Source: Tissierella sp. MB52-C2
Lineage (GTDB): Bacteria > Bacillota > Clostridia > Tissierellales > Tissierellaceae
Direction: 5' to 3'
DNA: 64,000 nucleotides
NCBI RefSeq assembly: GCF_030931715.1
Contig: NZ_CP133261.1
Span: forward strand, 1,960,643-2,024,642
Under the pieces are notes generated by a model. The model was given only the letters and a program-made list of their open reading frames with translations. It did not search any database and had not been told where the DNA came from. A program made the translations under genes and the position numbers. Positions 39,912-48,655 of the stretch are shown here, one piece after another (position 1 is the stretch's first letter; every line of letters starts with the position of its first letter).

Positions 39912-41372
39912 TTATTCTGATACGGCTATCTCTTTTTTGCCTTTTAGTTTTACTTGTGGTTCCCTTGGTACGCCAAATAATGGTATAAACTTATCAGCTC
40001 CTGTTAATGTAAGTAGAAGTATAGATACAACTGCTATTATACTCATGTAGTTATATTTTATAATATCACCAAAAGTAAATGTATGAAGTGGGTATATAGA
40101 ACTAGCTATAGAGAGAAAATATACAACATAACAATGCCATGGTACAAATTGAGCAGAATAAACACCCATTGCATCAGATAAAGTGGCATTTCTAAGGCGT
40201 AACTTATACATATCTTCTTCACTGGCTTCTACATTCTCATCAGTCATGCTTTTAAGCATTGGCCCAATAGTGACAATTTGTGCCATCTCATCTGCTAAAG
40301 CTACATTACCAAATATACACAGTATACCATTGTAGAACATTAATTGTTTTACATTTCTCGATATTTTCATTATAAATCTTGATAATGGCTCAAATGCATT
40401 CATCATACCCATAACAGCTCCAAAACCAACAGCCCATAGCATCATTGATACAGAATTATTACCGGCATCTGAGAATCCTGTATATAATAGATCACTTAAA
40501 GTCATAAAGTCAATAGTCTTAGCCACACTGCCCAGTATAAAAGCTCCAATCATTCCTATAAGTAAACATACAATTGTGGGAAGTCCTTTAAATGCAGCAA
40601 CAAGAACAATGACTAAAGGTATGGCCATATACAGTGGCACACCATCTTTAACTTGATTCAAAAGAGCAACTGCTGATGGTCTTTCTGCCTCTAAAGTTAA
40701 CCAAGCTTCTTCCGGTATTTGGTTGATTGCTTCTGCCGCGCTAATGGTGTTATCTGGAAGCTGCATTCCAACAGCTGTTACATATATTAATATGGCTGCT
40801 AAAATTAAACATAATACGGACCATACCCCCTGATGTCTTATTCTATCTACGATTCCTACTTCCTGAATTCCTGAACTCACTATTGTGGTATCGGAAATTA
40901 ATCCTATATTATCTCCAAAGCAAGATCCTCCAACTATGGAAGCTAGTGTAAGTGCAACACTTCCTCCTACAATATGGTTTGCCCAGAGAAAAATCGGTGC
41001 ACATGCCGCAAAAGTTCCCCATGAAGTACCAGTTGCAACTGATAAAACGCATGTAACCAAGAATCCAACAAGTGCAACTGTTTTACTTGATAGTCCCAAT
41101 TGTAGCGATATTCTTATTATTGATGCTCCTACACCAGTAGCCATAAACACTTCAGCCATAGCGTATGAAAACATCAATATGAAATAGACTTCCATTACAG
41201 AACCTGCACCATCATAAACTACTTTAGTTACATCTTTAAACTTGCGTTTTTCAACTAGCATAGCTATTATAATACCATATATCGTTGCATAACTAGCAGC
41301 AACTTTTACATCTATACCTGATAATAAAGCAGTTACCATAACAATTATTGGTGAAAATTTAATAAAAATCAT
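39912..41372 (-). CDS. nhaC: Na+/H+ antiporter, NhaC family.
   Basis: 486 aa, about 12 TM helices, with the NhaC-type profile. Confidence 0.7.
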   Translation of the reverse strand: MIFIKFSPIIVMVTALLSGIDVKVAASYATIYGIIIAMLVEKRKFKDVTKVVYDGAGSVMEVYFILMFSYAMAEVFMATGVGASIIRISLQLGLSSKTVALVGFLVTCVLSVATGTSWGTFAACAPIFLWANHIVGGSVALTLASIVGGSCFGDNIGLISDTTIVSSGIQEVGIVDRIRHQGVWSVLCLILAAILIYVTAVGMQLPDNTISAAEAINQIPEEAWLTLEAERPSAVALLNQVKDGVPLYMAIPLVIVLVAAFKGLPTIVCLLIGMIGAFILGSVAKTIDFMTLSDLLYTGFSDAGNNSVSMMLWAVGFGAVMGMMNAFEPLSRFIMKISRNVKQLMFYNGILCIFGNVALADEMAQIVTIGPMLKSMTDENVEASEEDMYKLRLRNATLSDAMGVYSAQFVPWHCYVVYFLSIASSIYPLHTFTFGDIIKYNYMSIIAVVSILLLTLTGADKFIPLFGVPREPQVKLKGKKEIAVSE

Positions 41373-41496
41373 TTTTCTCCCCCCGTCTTATGGAATAATG
41401 ATAATATTTTTTAAAAATACGATTAGTACTTCACTTGTTAATTCCCTATCATTCATCTTAATATTCTGAAAATTTTAGTTGAGAAAATAGGTTTCA

Positions 41497-42615
41497 TTAG
41501 TAACCTACTGAAACCTTATACATTATGTTCATTCCATATCCAATTTTAATCCTATAGTATCCTTGCAGGCTTTTATCAAGAGCTTCATTATCTGTATATA
41601 TTAATAGTGGATTTCCTTTTAATTCAATTATCTTTGAGTTTGGAGAAATTATTATGATATTGTCTTTTTTTATTTTTTCAATAACCTTTGAACTAATTTG
41701 TTGATTACCTCTTCCCAAAAGATATCCTTGCCCTCCTGTGGGAGTGATAATTAACTTCCCTGTGCCATTTCCTAATATATTTAATATATCTTTTTCATTA
41801 CAATCCAACTTAACTATGGATTTATTCTTAATAATATCTACACCTAATAATGAATTAGGCAAAATAAGTTGATCCATAATGGCTCTTGTAGTGGTGCCTG
41901 GACCTATTATATAATATACCTCTTCTACCATATTATCTATTATGTCTAATGCAATTGCCTTTTGGCTCTCCTCTTCCCCTAAAGGAGTAGGTGCCTTTTT
42001 GTTTTGTAACCATTCTTTTTTATAAGGTACCTTCAAATATCCAAAGAGTTCTGTCCTAACCTGATTATTTCTAAAGGCCTCTTCATCTATATCTACGACT
42101 TCCTCTTCCTTTATATGAAGGCTACTATCTTTCAAATACATTAAAGCTAATTCTCCCGCTAATTCTGGTGTATTTCCATAGACAGGAGAGTGAATCTTCA
42201 CCCCTGCAGGAATTCCTACTGTAACAACTCTATTCTCCACAGCATTATAGATATCCCTTGCAGTACCATCCCCACCTACAAAAATAATTAAATCTACACC
42301 CCTTTCTTCCATTATTTTAGCTGCATTTAATGTATCTAAAAAACCAGTTATGTTATTTGATTTGTGTACTATTTCGTAATTAAAGCCTAAAGTTCTACAT
42401 TGATTTTCACCCATATCTGAGGAAGAAGTTAAGATCAATAACTCTTTCTTTATTGGTTCTAATTTTCTTAATGCTTTTATGGCTTTGTTGGGGGCTTCTT
42501 TAATAGCCCCCAGTTGTATGGCCTTATTTAAAGTCTCTATACCATCTGTACCTTTTAGTCCAACTCTACCACCCATTCCAGCTATGGGATTAATTATTAG
42601 ACCTATGATTTTCAT
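41497..42615 (-). CDS. ATP-NAD kinase (NadK/DAGK_cat-like) family protein of unknown specificity.
   Basis: GGDGT motif (LIIFVGGDGTARD); 372 aa. It is the last gene of the sigma-54 operon. Confidence 0.5.
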   Translation of the reverse strand: MKIIGLIINPIAGMGGRVGLKGTDGIETLNKAIQLGAIKEAPNKAIKALRKLEPIKKELLILTSSSDMGENQCRTLGFNYEIVHKSNNITGFLDTLNAAKIMEERGVDLIIFVGGDGTARDIYNAVENRVVTVGIPAGVKIHSPVYGNTPELAGELALMYLKDSSLHIKEEEVVDIDEEAFRNNQVRTELFGYLKVPYKKEWLQNKKAPTPLGEEESQKAIALDIIDNMVEEVYYIIGPGTTTRAIMDQLILPNSLLGVDIIKNKSIVKLDCNEKDILNILGNGTGKLIITPTGGQGYLLGRGNQQISSKVIEKIKKDNIIIISPNSKIIELKGNPLLIYTDNEALDKSLQGYYRIKIGYGMNIMYKVSVGY

Positions 42616-42630
42616 ACTATCACTTCCATA

Positions 42631-44193
42631 TTAATCTTCTTTTGTCTTTCTAAGATAAACTCTCCAAGTTGGACACCATTTTTCTGGATCATCTAGGCTT
42701 GTTTCATCTACTTGATGAATAGTACTATTATGTGGTGCATTATGGATTATTTCAGGATTCTCATATGCCTCATCAAATATGTGATGAATTGTCTTTATAT
42801 ATTCATCTAAATCATCTTTAGATGGTGTTTCGGTAGGTTCCAAAGTAAGTGGTTCTGGGATATAGTAGGGATGGTGACTTGACCAAATATGCATACCGAA
42901 ATCCATTATCCTCCTAGCTAAGTCCCCTGATGTAATACCTGTATCCTTAGTTATTTCTTCCATAGTATATCTAGCTTGTTCAATCCTTTGAGTATCTACT
43001 TTATATGGCACTGTTAACCCTTTATACTCTAATAATTTATTTATTAGATAAATATTATTAAGAGATGCAATCTTAGCCACTTCATAGAGTCCCTCAGCCC
43101 CTAAACTCATAATCCAAGCATATGCCTTAAGCACAACTTGGGGACTACCTTGGAATGACTTTACCTTTCCAATGCTGTTTTTCAAATCATAGTCTAAGAA
43201 ATATTTATCTCCATCAAATTCTACTAAGGGTTTTGGTAAATAATCTCTCAATTCTTCAATTACTCCTAATGCACCAGAACCTGGACCACCACATCCATGA
43301 GGTGTTCCGAAAGATTTGTGAAGATTGAAGTAACACATATGAAAACCTGCTTCCTTAGCTCTTGCTATTCCAAAGAGTCCATTGGCATTAGCTTGATCAT
43401 AACAATTTAACCCACCAGCCTTGGTGATTAAATCCGTGAACTCCTTGATTCGAGGATTAAAAATTCCAGTATCCTCAGGATTAGCTACTACGAAAGCAGC
43501 TGTTCTTTCACTAACTGCAGCTTTGAATGCTTCGTAATCAGGTTGACCATTTTCATCTGTCATAATTGTAATTATTTTATATCCCTTTAATGCTGGTGCA
43601 GCAGCATCTGAAGGGTGAGAGTATACGGTTGTTATTATTTCATCTCTCTTATCTTCTTCTCCCCTCAATCTATGATACATTCTAACAATGGACGCCATAG
43701 ACATAGTTGCCTGGGATCCTCCACCTGGCTGGAAGCTGAAATATTTCATACCTGATATTTCTCTCATCATTAAATCTGTTTTATATATTATCTCCAATAT
43801 CCCTTGAACAGTGCTTTTATCTTGTAATGGATGCAAAGCTGTCATCTTTTCATTATTTGCTATTTTATCGTTAATTTTAGGATTATATTTAACCGTACAG
43901 GTCCCTTGTCCGATTTCAATATTAACATCTCCACCTAATGTTTCTTGTGATAGTCTCAAATAGTGCATTAATACCCTTTTTTGATTTATCTCTGGCAAGT
44001 TAGGTAATCCATTTCTTCTCATTTTGGAAGGAATTTTAGATAATCCATCTCCAACTTGCTTTACTATATCTGCTTCTGCTTTTGGCACTAAGACCCCTCT
44101 CTCACCCTTACGACTTAATTCAAATATTATTGGCTCATTCCATCTTGCTTGGTGAAAATCTCTAACCTTAGAATTTCTAACTATTCGCTTCAT
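42631..44193 (-). CDS. gcvPB: Glycine dehydrogenase (decarboxylating) subunit 2-like PLP enzyme.
   Basis: CTVKYNPKIN motif. PLP-Lys region SFQPGGGSQAT...HKSFGTPHG. 520 aa. Confidence 0.75.
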   Translation of the reverse strand: MKRIVRNSKVRDFHQARWNEPIIFELSRKGERGVLVPKAEADIVKQVGDGLSKIPSKMRRNGLPNLPEINQKRVLMHYLRLSQETLGGDVNIEIGQGTCTVKYNPKINDKIANNEKMTALHPLQDKSTVQGILEIIYKTDLMMREISGMKYFSFQPGGGSQATMSMASIVRMYHRLRGEEDKRDEIITTVYSHPSDAAAPALKGYKIITIMTDENGQPDYEAFKAAVSERTAAFVVANPEDTGIFNPRIKEFTDLITKAGGLNCYDQANANGLFGIARAKEAGFHMCYFNLHKSFGTPHGCGGPGSGALGVIEELRDYLPKPLVEFDGDKYFLDYDLKNSIGKVKSFQGSPQVVLKAYAWIMSLGAEGLYEVAKIASLNNIYLINKLLEYKGLTVPYKVDTQRIEQARYTMEEITKDTGITSGDLARRIMDFGMHIWSSHHPYYIPEPLTLEPTETPSKDDLDEYIKTIHHIFDEAYENPEIIHNAPHNSTIHQVDETSLDDPEKWCPTWRVYLRKTKED

Positions 44194-44217
44194 TCAATCA
44201 ATCCTTTCTATAGATTA

Positions 44218-45618
44218 TCATTCTATGATTTCTCTAATAGCCTTCACTAGATTATCTATATCTTCCTTTAAGTGAATTTCAGTAACACAATATAAAGCAC
44301 ATTGCCCTAATTCAGGAAATTCCTCAGATAAGTCTTTTCCACCAAATATGCCTTTAACTAATAGTTCCTCATTTATTTCTTCGACAGTTTTCCCCGTGTG
44401 ATTAAAATCTACAACAAATTCCTTAAATCCAATATTGTTAAATCTAGAACCTTTTACACCCTTTAATTTAGATAGTTCTTCAATAGCATATAAAGATTTT
44501 TGTACAATATTTTCTCCTAGTTCATACATTCCTTTAGGCCCCATCAGAGATAAATAAACTCCAGCAGTAATACCCAGTAAAGCTGTTTGAGTACCTACAT
44601 ATTCCTTTCCCTTTTCCCTTAAGTTACCAAAGGAAGTTCTTTCATAGGCTATATCTCCAAATCCATATTCTCCTTCTTTAATGGTAGGAGCTATACCAAA
44701 TAATCTAGATGGAAACTCCATTACAAACCTTTCTTCGTCCTTAGTGGATATAAACCCTGACTGATTACCACCATAATTCATATGCATACCTAGAGGTTGA
44801 AGATCTCCACAGATTATATCAGCGCCATAATGGGATGGAGGAGCTAACACGCCAAGGCTACTTGGATCAACACCTACTACCAAAATTGCACCTCTATCAT
44901 GGGTTATTTTTGAGATTGCTTCCCCTTGATCTTCCAAAAATCCTAAATATGATGGATTTTCAAAGTATACTGCAGCAGTATTATTGGAAATGTTTTTCTT
45001 TAAATCCTCTAAGTCCATTCTCCCTGTTTTTTTATTGAAATCAATTAATTTAATTTCAACTCCTGGATCACAATAATTTTGTATTATCATTAGCCTATCA
45101 GGGCAAATAGTTCCTACAACTAAGGCTTCTGATCTCCTAGTAATTCTTGAAGCCATTCTAAGGGATGTAGCAGCAGCTTGAGCCCAATCAAATGTCGGAA
45201 CATTAACCACATCCATATCTAATAGTTCTGCTACTAGAGATTCGTATTCGAATAGTGTTTGAAATCTTCCATGGTCATTATAGGGTTCACCTGCATACCC
45301 TGTTAAAAATTCAGCTCTACTATTTATTTCATCACATACGGCAGGTACATAATGTTGCCAACATCCTGCTCCTAAAAAATTTATATATTCATTACTTGAA
45401 ATATTTTTATTCATTATTTTATTTATAGATCTTTTAAGCTCATATTCTGACTCAAAAGCTTTTGGTAAATTCAAAGCCTTCTTTAATTTTAATTCTTCTG
45501 GTATTTCTACATGCAAATCGTCTAAAGATTCCAATCCTATTTCCCTTAACATTTCTTGCTGAACTTCTAAATTAGAGTTTGGAATATAAGGATGATTTTT
45601 AAATCCACGAATTGTCAT
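44218..45618 (-). CDS. gcvPA: Glycine dehydrogenase (decarboxylating) subunit 1-like.
   Basis: 466 aa. N-terminal pattern ...YIPNSNLEVQQEMLREIGLESLDDL as in GcvPA. It directly precedes gcvPB. Confidence 0.75.
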   Translation of the reverse strand: MTIRGFKNHPYIPNSNLEVQQEMLREIGLESLDDLHVEIPEELKLKKALNLPKAFESEYELKRSINKIMNKNISSNEYINFLGAGCWQHYVPAVCDEINSRAEFLTGYAGEPYNDHGRFQTLFEYESLVAELLDMDVVNVPTFDWAQAAATSLRMASRITRRSEALVVGTICPDRLMIIQNYCDPGVEIKLIDFNKKTGRMDLEDLKKNISNNTAAVYFENPSYLGFLEDQGEAISKITHDRGAILVVGVDPSSLGVLAPPSHYGADIICGDLQPLGMHMNYGGNQSGFISTKDEERFVMEFPSRLFGIAPTIKEGEYGFGDIAYERTSFGNLREKGKEYVGTQTALLGITAGVYLSLMGPKGMYELGENIVQKSLYAIEELSKLKGVKGSRFNNIGFKEFVVDFNHTGKTVEEINEELLVKGIFGGKDLSEEFPELGQCALYCVTEIHLKEDIDNLVKAIREIIE

Positions 45619-45639
45619 ACTTCTACCTCCTAATTTTTA

Positions 45640-46419
45640 TTATGCAATCCCTCCACCATCAACAACCAAAGCTGTACCAGTAATCCATGCGGATAAATCA
45701 CTACATAAGAATAGTACTGCTTTAGCTATATCTAGTGGCTCTCCTAACCTTTCTAAAGGTCTTCCCTTAGCTGAATCAACTAAAAATTTATCTATTTCTG
45801 ATTTAAAACCTAATTGTTCTCCTTCACTTCTAAGCATAGCAGTATCTGTATCTCCTGGATTAATTGAATTAACCCTAATATTTTGTCCCCCATGATCTAT
45901 TGCCATAGCACGAGTTAAGTTTACAATCCCACCCTTTACTGCACAGTATGCAGCTGCCTTATCTCCACCTTTCAAACCCCAGCCTGACCCAGTATTTACT
46001 ATGCTTCCTCCACCACCTTTTGCCATTACAGGTATGGTGTACTTGGAAAGTAGATATGTTCCCTTAAGTCCTACATCAAGGACAAAATCCCACTCAGCTT
46101 CAGTCAAATCTACAACTGTCTTTCTTACTGTAACACCTGCATTATTAAACAATATATCAATTCTACCAAATTCCCTTTCTATTGATTCAATAGTAGTTTT
46201 ACACTCTTCATTATTGGTTACATTACATTTTTTAAAGATGGCAAAATTACCTTCATTTATTATTTCCATAACTGCTTTTTCTCCACTTTCCTGATTTACA
46301 TCAAGTAGCACAACTTTTGCACCATATTCTGCCAACAATTTTCCAGTGGCTAATCCTATTCCAGAAGCCCCACCTGAAACAATAGCTACCCTACCTTTTA
46401 AATCTAATGGATTATTCAT
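45640..46419 (-). CDS. SDR family oxidoreductase (classical short-chain dehydrogenase).
   Basis: TGGASGIG cofactor motif and YxxxK active site (YCAVKGG). It is the first gene downstream of the sigma-54 promoter. Confidence 0.8.
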   Translation of the reverse strand: MNNPLDLKGRVAIVSGGASGIGLATGKLLAEYGAKVVLLDVNQESGEKAVMEIINEGNFAIFKKCNVTNNEECKTTIESIEREFGRIDILFNNAGVTVRKTVVDLTEAEWDFVLDVGLKGTYLLSKYTIPVMAKGGGGSIVNTGSGWGLKGGDKAAAYCAVKGGIVNLTRAMAIDHGGQNIRVNSINPGDTDTAMLRSEGEQLGFKSEIDKFLVDSAKGRPLERLGEPLDIAKAVLFLCSDLSAWITGTALVVDGGGIA

Positions 46420-46465
46420 CTTCTTCCCCCTTTTTTAATCTTCCTTTACATTCAACAATATATAC

Positions 46466-46483
46466 TTGCATAAAGTATGCCAA
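46466..46483 (-). promoter_or_regulatory. Sigma-54 (-24/-12) promoter.
   Basis: Minus strand reads TTGGCAT-ACTTT-ATGCA, with GG and GC 12 nt apart (consensus TGGCAC-N5-TTGCA). It lies about 45 nt upstream of the SDR start and divergent from the sigma-54 activator gene. Confidence 0.6.
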
Positions 46484-46639
46484 TAAGTTAATAAAATAAT
46501 CTTTTTCATAAAAACCCCATGATTACAGGAAATATTCAGAATATTATATATTATCCATTGCCTTGTCAAGCTAATATGATATAATTTAATTGTCTTCAAA
46601 GGCAAATATTAACATATTATTGCCAACTATGACAAAGAG

Positions 46640-48361
46640 GTGATAGATATGAATTTGAAAAATATTAAACCTAGTTTGGAAAACATAATATCTACTATGG
46701 CTAATCTAACAAATATGGAGTATGCCGTATTTAATACCAACTCAGAATTAGTAAGTAGCACACAAATCTATTTGCAAAGAAAAGGAAGAAATGTTCACTC
46801 AGCTTCAATAGAAGAAGTTTTGAACCTAGGAAATGTAATAGTAAATAAGCCTGGCTTAATGAACTCATGTATAGGATGTAGATTTGTAAATAATTGTCCT
46901 TCAACTATAGAAGTTTTGTCTTGTATTAAATTAAATGGAATTCCTGTAGGTGTTTTAAGCCTTACTTCCTTTTCCCAAGAAGGACATACTTTGATTGAAG
47001 AAAATATACGTAACTATATGAATGTTTTAGAAAATACTTCACAACTGATTTCTATGTTTGCTCAAAATGAAATTTCAAATAATAATATTCAAATGTTACA
47101 TAAAGTAATTCACGAGATAACTAAAGAAAACAATTCTAGTTATATAATAATAGACAAAAATGGCCTTCTGGTACACTGGGATCAAGAATTTGAAGACCTA
47201 CTTTCCTATTGTAATTTATACACTCAAACTATAGATATTATTTTCCCTGAAAGCATTTGTAATTGGATATTGAGTACTAGTAAACCTAGAAAAAAATATT
47301 CTGTTAGTGAAAGTTTTCAAGGAATTATTCATATTACACCTTTAATAATAGAATTTGATATCATTGGCTATTTTATTAAATTGGAAAAAGATGTTGGTCC
47401 ATCTAAACAATATTTACATCAAGATTATTTAAATTCTATTATTACTAATGATTACAAAATCAATAATATAAAGAATAGAATTAGAAAATTATCAACATCA
47501 TCTTCTTCAGTTTTAATTACTGGAAAAACTGGTACTGGTAAGGAGTTGATAGCCAAGGCTATTCATTACACAAGTAATAGATCTGATAATCCTTTTGTCT
47601 CAATAAACTGTGCAAATATACCTGACTCTCTATTTGAATCTGAGCTTTTTGGGTACGAAGAAGGAGCTTTTACTGGCGCTAAGAAAGGTGGCAAATTGGG
47701 AATTTTTGAGATGGCTAACGGTGGAACAGTGTTCTTAGATGAAATAGGAGAATTACAAGAACATTTACAGGCTAAACTCCTAAGAGTACTTCAGGAAAGT
47801 ACTATACAAAGATTAGGAAGTGTTACCCCTATATCTGTGGATATTAGGGTTATTGCTGCAACTAATCAAGATTTAGAATCTATGATGGAAGAAAATAGGT
47901 TTAGAGAGGATTTGTTCTATAGAATAAATGTTATACCTATTTGCTTACCTCCACTAAATGAAAGAATAGATGATATAGAGTTACTTACTAGACATTTTAT
48001 AGATAAATACAATAAAAAGCTTTTTAAAAATGTCAAAGATATTTCAGAAGAAGCCTTAGATATTTTAAAATCCTATCCATGGCCTGGAAATATAAGAGAA
48101 CTTGAAAATGCCATAGAATACGCAATCAATATGGAAGAAGCTGATATGATTGAAATTGATAATCTTCCTGATAGAATATCTAAATTTACTGTAAAAGAGA
48201 GATTTGATTTTAAAGAATCTATAGCACAAAAGGAAATGGATTTGATTGTTAGTACATTAAATAAGTATGGTTGGAATTTAAGTGGAAAGGAAAAAGCCTC
48301 AGAAGAATTAGGGATTAGTATTAGAACCCTATATAGAAAACTATCCAGCTTAGAAAAATAA
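46640..48361 (+). CDS. Sigma-54-dependent transcriptional activator (bacterial enhancer-binding protein).
   Basis: Central AAA+ sigma-54 interaction domain with GKTGTGKE Walker A, GAFTGA and the ESELFGYEEGAFTGA motif. C-terminal Fis-type HTH. About 290-aa N-terminal sensory region of unknown type. Confidence 0.88.
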   Translation: MIDMNLKNIKPSLENIISTMANLTNMEYAVFNTNSELVSSTQIYLQRKGRNVHSASIEEVLNLGNVIVNKPGLMNSCIGCRFVNNCPSTIEVLSCIKLNGIPVGVLSLTSFSQEGHTLIEENIRNYMNVLENTSQLISMFAQNEISNNNIQMLHKVIHEITKENNSSYIIIDKNGLLVHWDQEFEDLLSYCNLYTQTIDIIFPESICNWILSTSKPRKKYSVSESFQGIIHITPLIIEFDIIGYFIKLEKDVGPSKQYLHQDYLNSIITNDYKINNIKNRIRKLSTSSSSVLITGKTGTGKELIAKAIHYTSNRSDNPFVSINCANIPDSLFESELFGYEEGAFTGAKKGGKLGIFEMANGGTVFLDEIGELQEHLQAKLLRVLQESTIQRLGSVTPISVDIRVIAATNQDLESMMEENRFREDLFYRINVIPICLPPLNERIDDIELLTRHFIDKYNKKLFKNVKDISEEALDILKSYPWPGNIRELENAIEYAINMEEADMIEIDNLPDRISKFTVKERFDFKESIAQKEMDLIVSTLNKYGWNLSGKEKASEELGISIRTLYRKLSSLEK

Positions 48362-48421
48362 AATAGTCATTACCTCCATTAGATCATAAGGGTAGTGTAA
48401 AATATAATATAATATTAATTA

Positions 48422-48449
48422 ACACTTTTTTCCTTAATCTCATATTATA
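48422..48449 (+). promoter_or_regulatory. Second sigma-K-type promoter (AC -N17- CATATTATA).
   Basis: Same architecture as 14872-14899. It is followed by a GGGGGTG RBS and the second micro-ORF. Confidence 0.55.
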
Positions 48450-48496
48450 TCTTAAGTGGAGAACACTTAATATAATTATTAATCGGGGGTGTCTTT

Positions 48497-48619
48497 ATGA
48501 CTGAATTATTAGGTAGAAGAGAGGAATGTTGTGAGACAGATAGTTCTTTACTATTTTTCTTTTTACTGCTTGTAGTAATCTTCTGTAATTGTGGTATGTT
48601 TGGTAGAAGAATAATATAA
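48497..48619 (+). CDS. YjcZ-like tiny membrane sporulation protein (40 aa), paralog of 14952-15071.
   Basis: MTELLGRREECCETDSSLLFFFLLLVVIFCNCGMFGRRII. It has the same core ...SLLFFFLLLVV...CNCG.... A terminator hairpin ggctgcca-atgg-cagcc follows at 48632-48652. Confidence 0.7.
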   Translation: MTELLGRREECCETDSSLLFFFLLLVVIFCNCGMFGRRII

Positions 48620-48655
48620 GCTCAACAGATAAAGGCTGCCAATGGCAGCCCTATT

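Noticed and set aside
40885-41187. 100-aa plus-strand ORF inside nhaC.
   Set aside because: Antisense shadow ORF.
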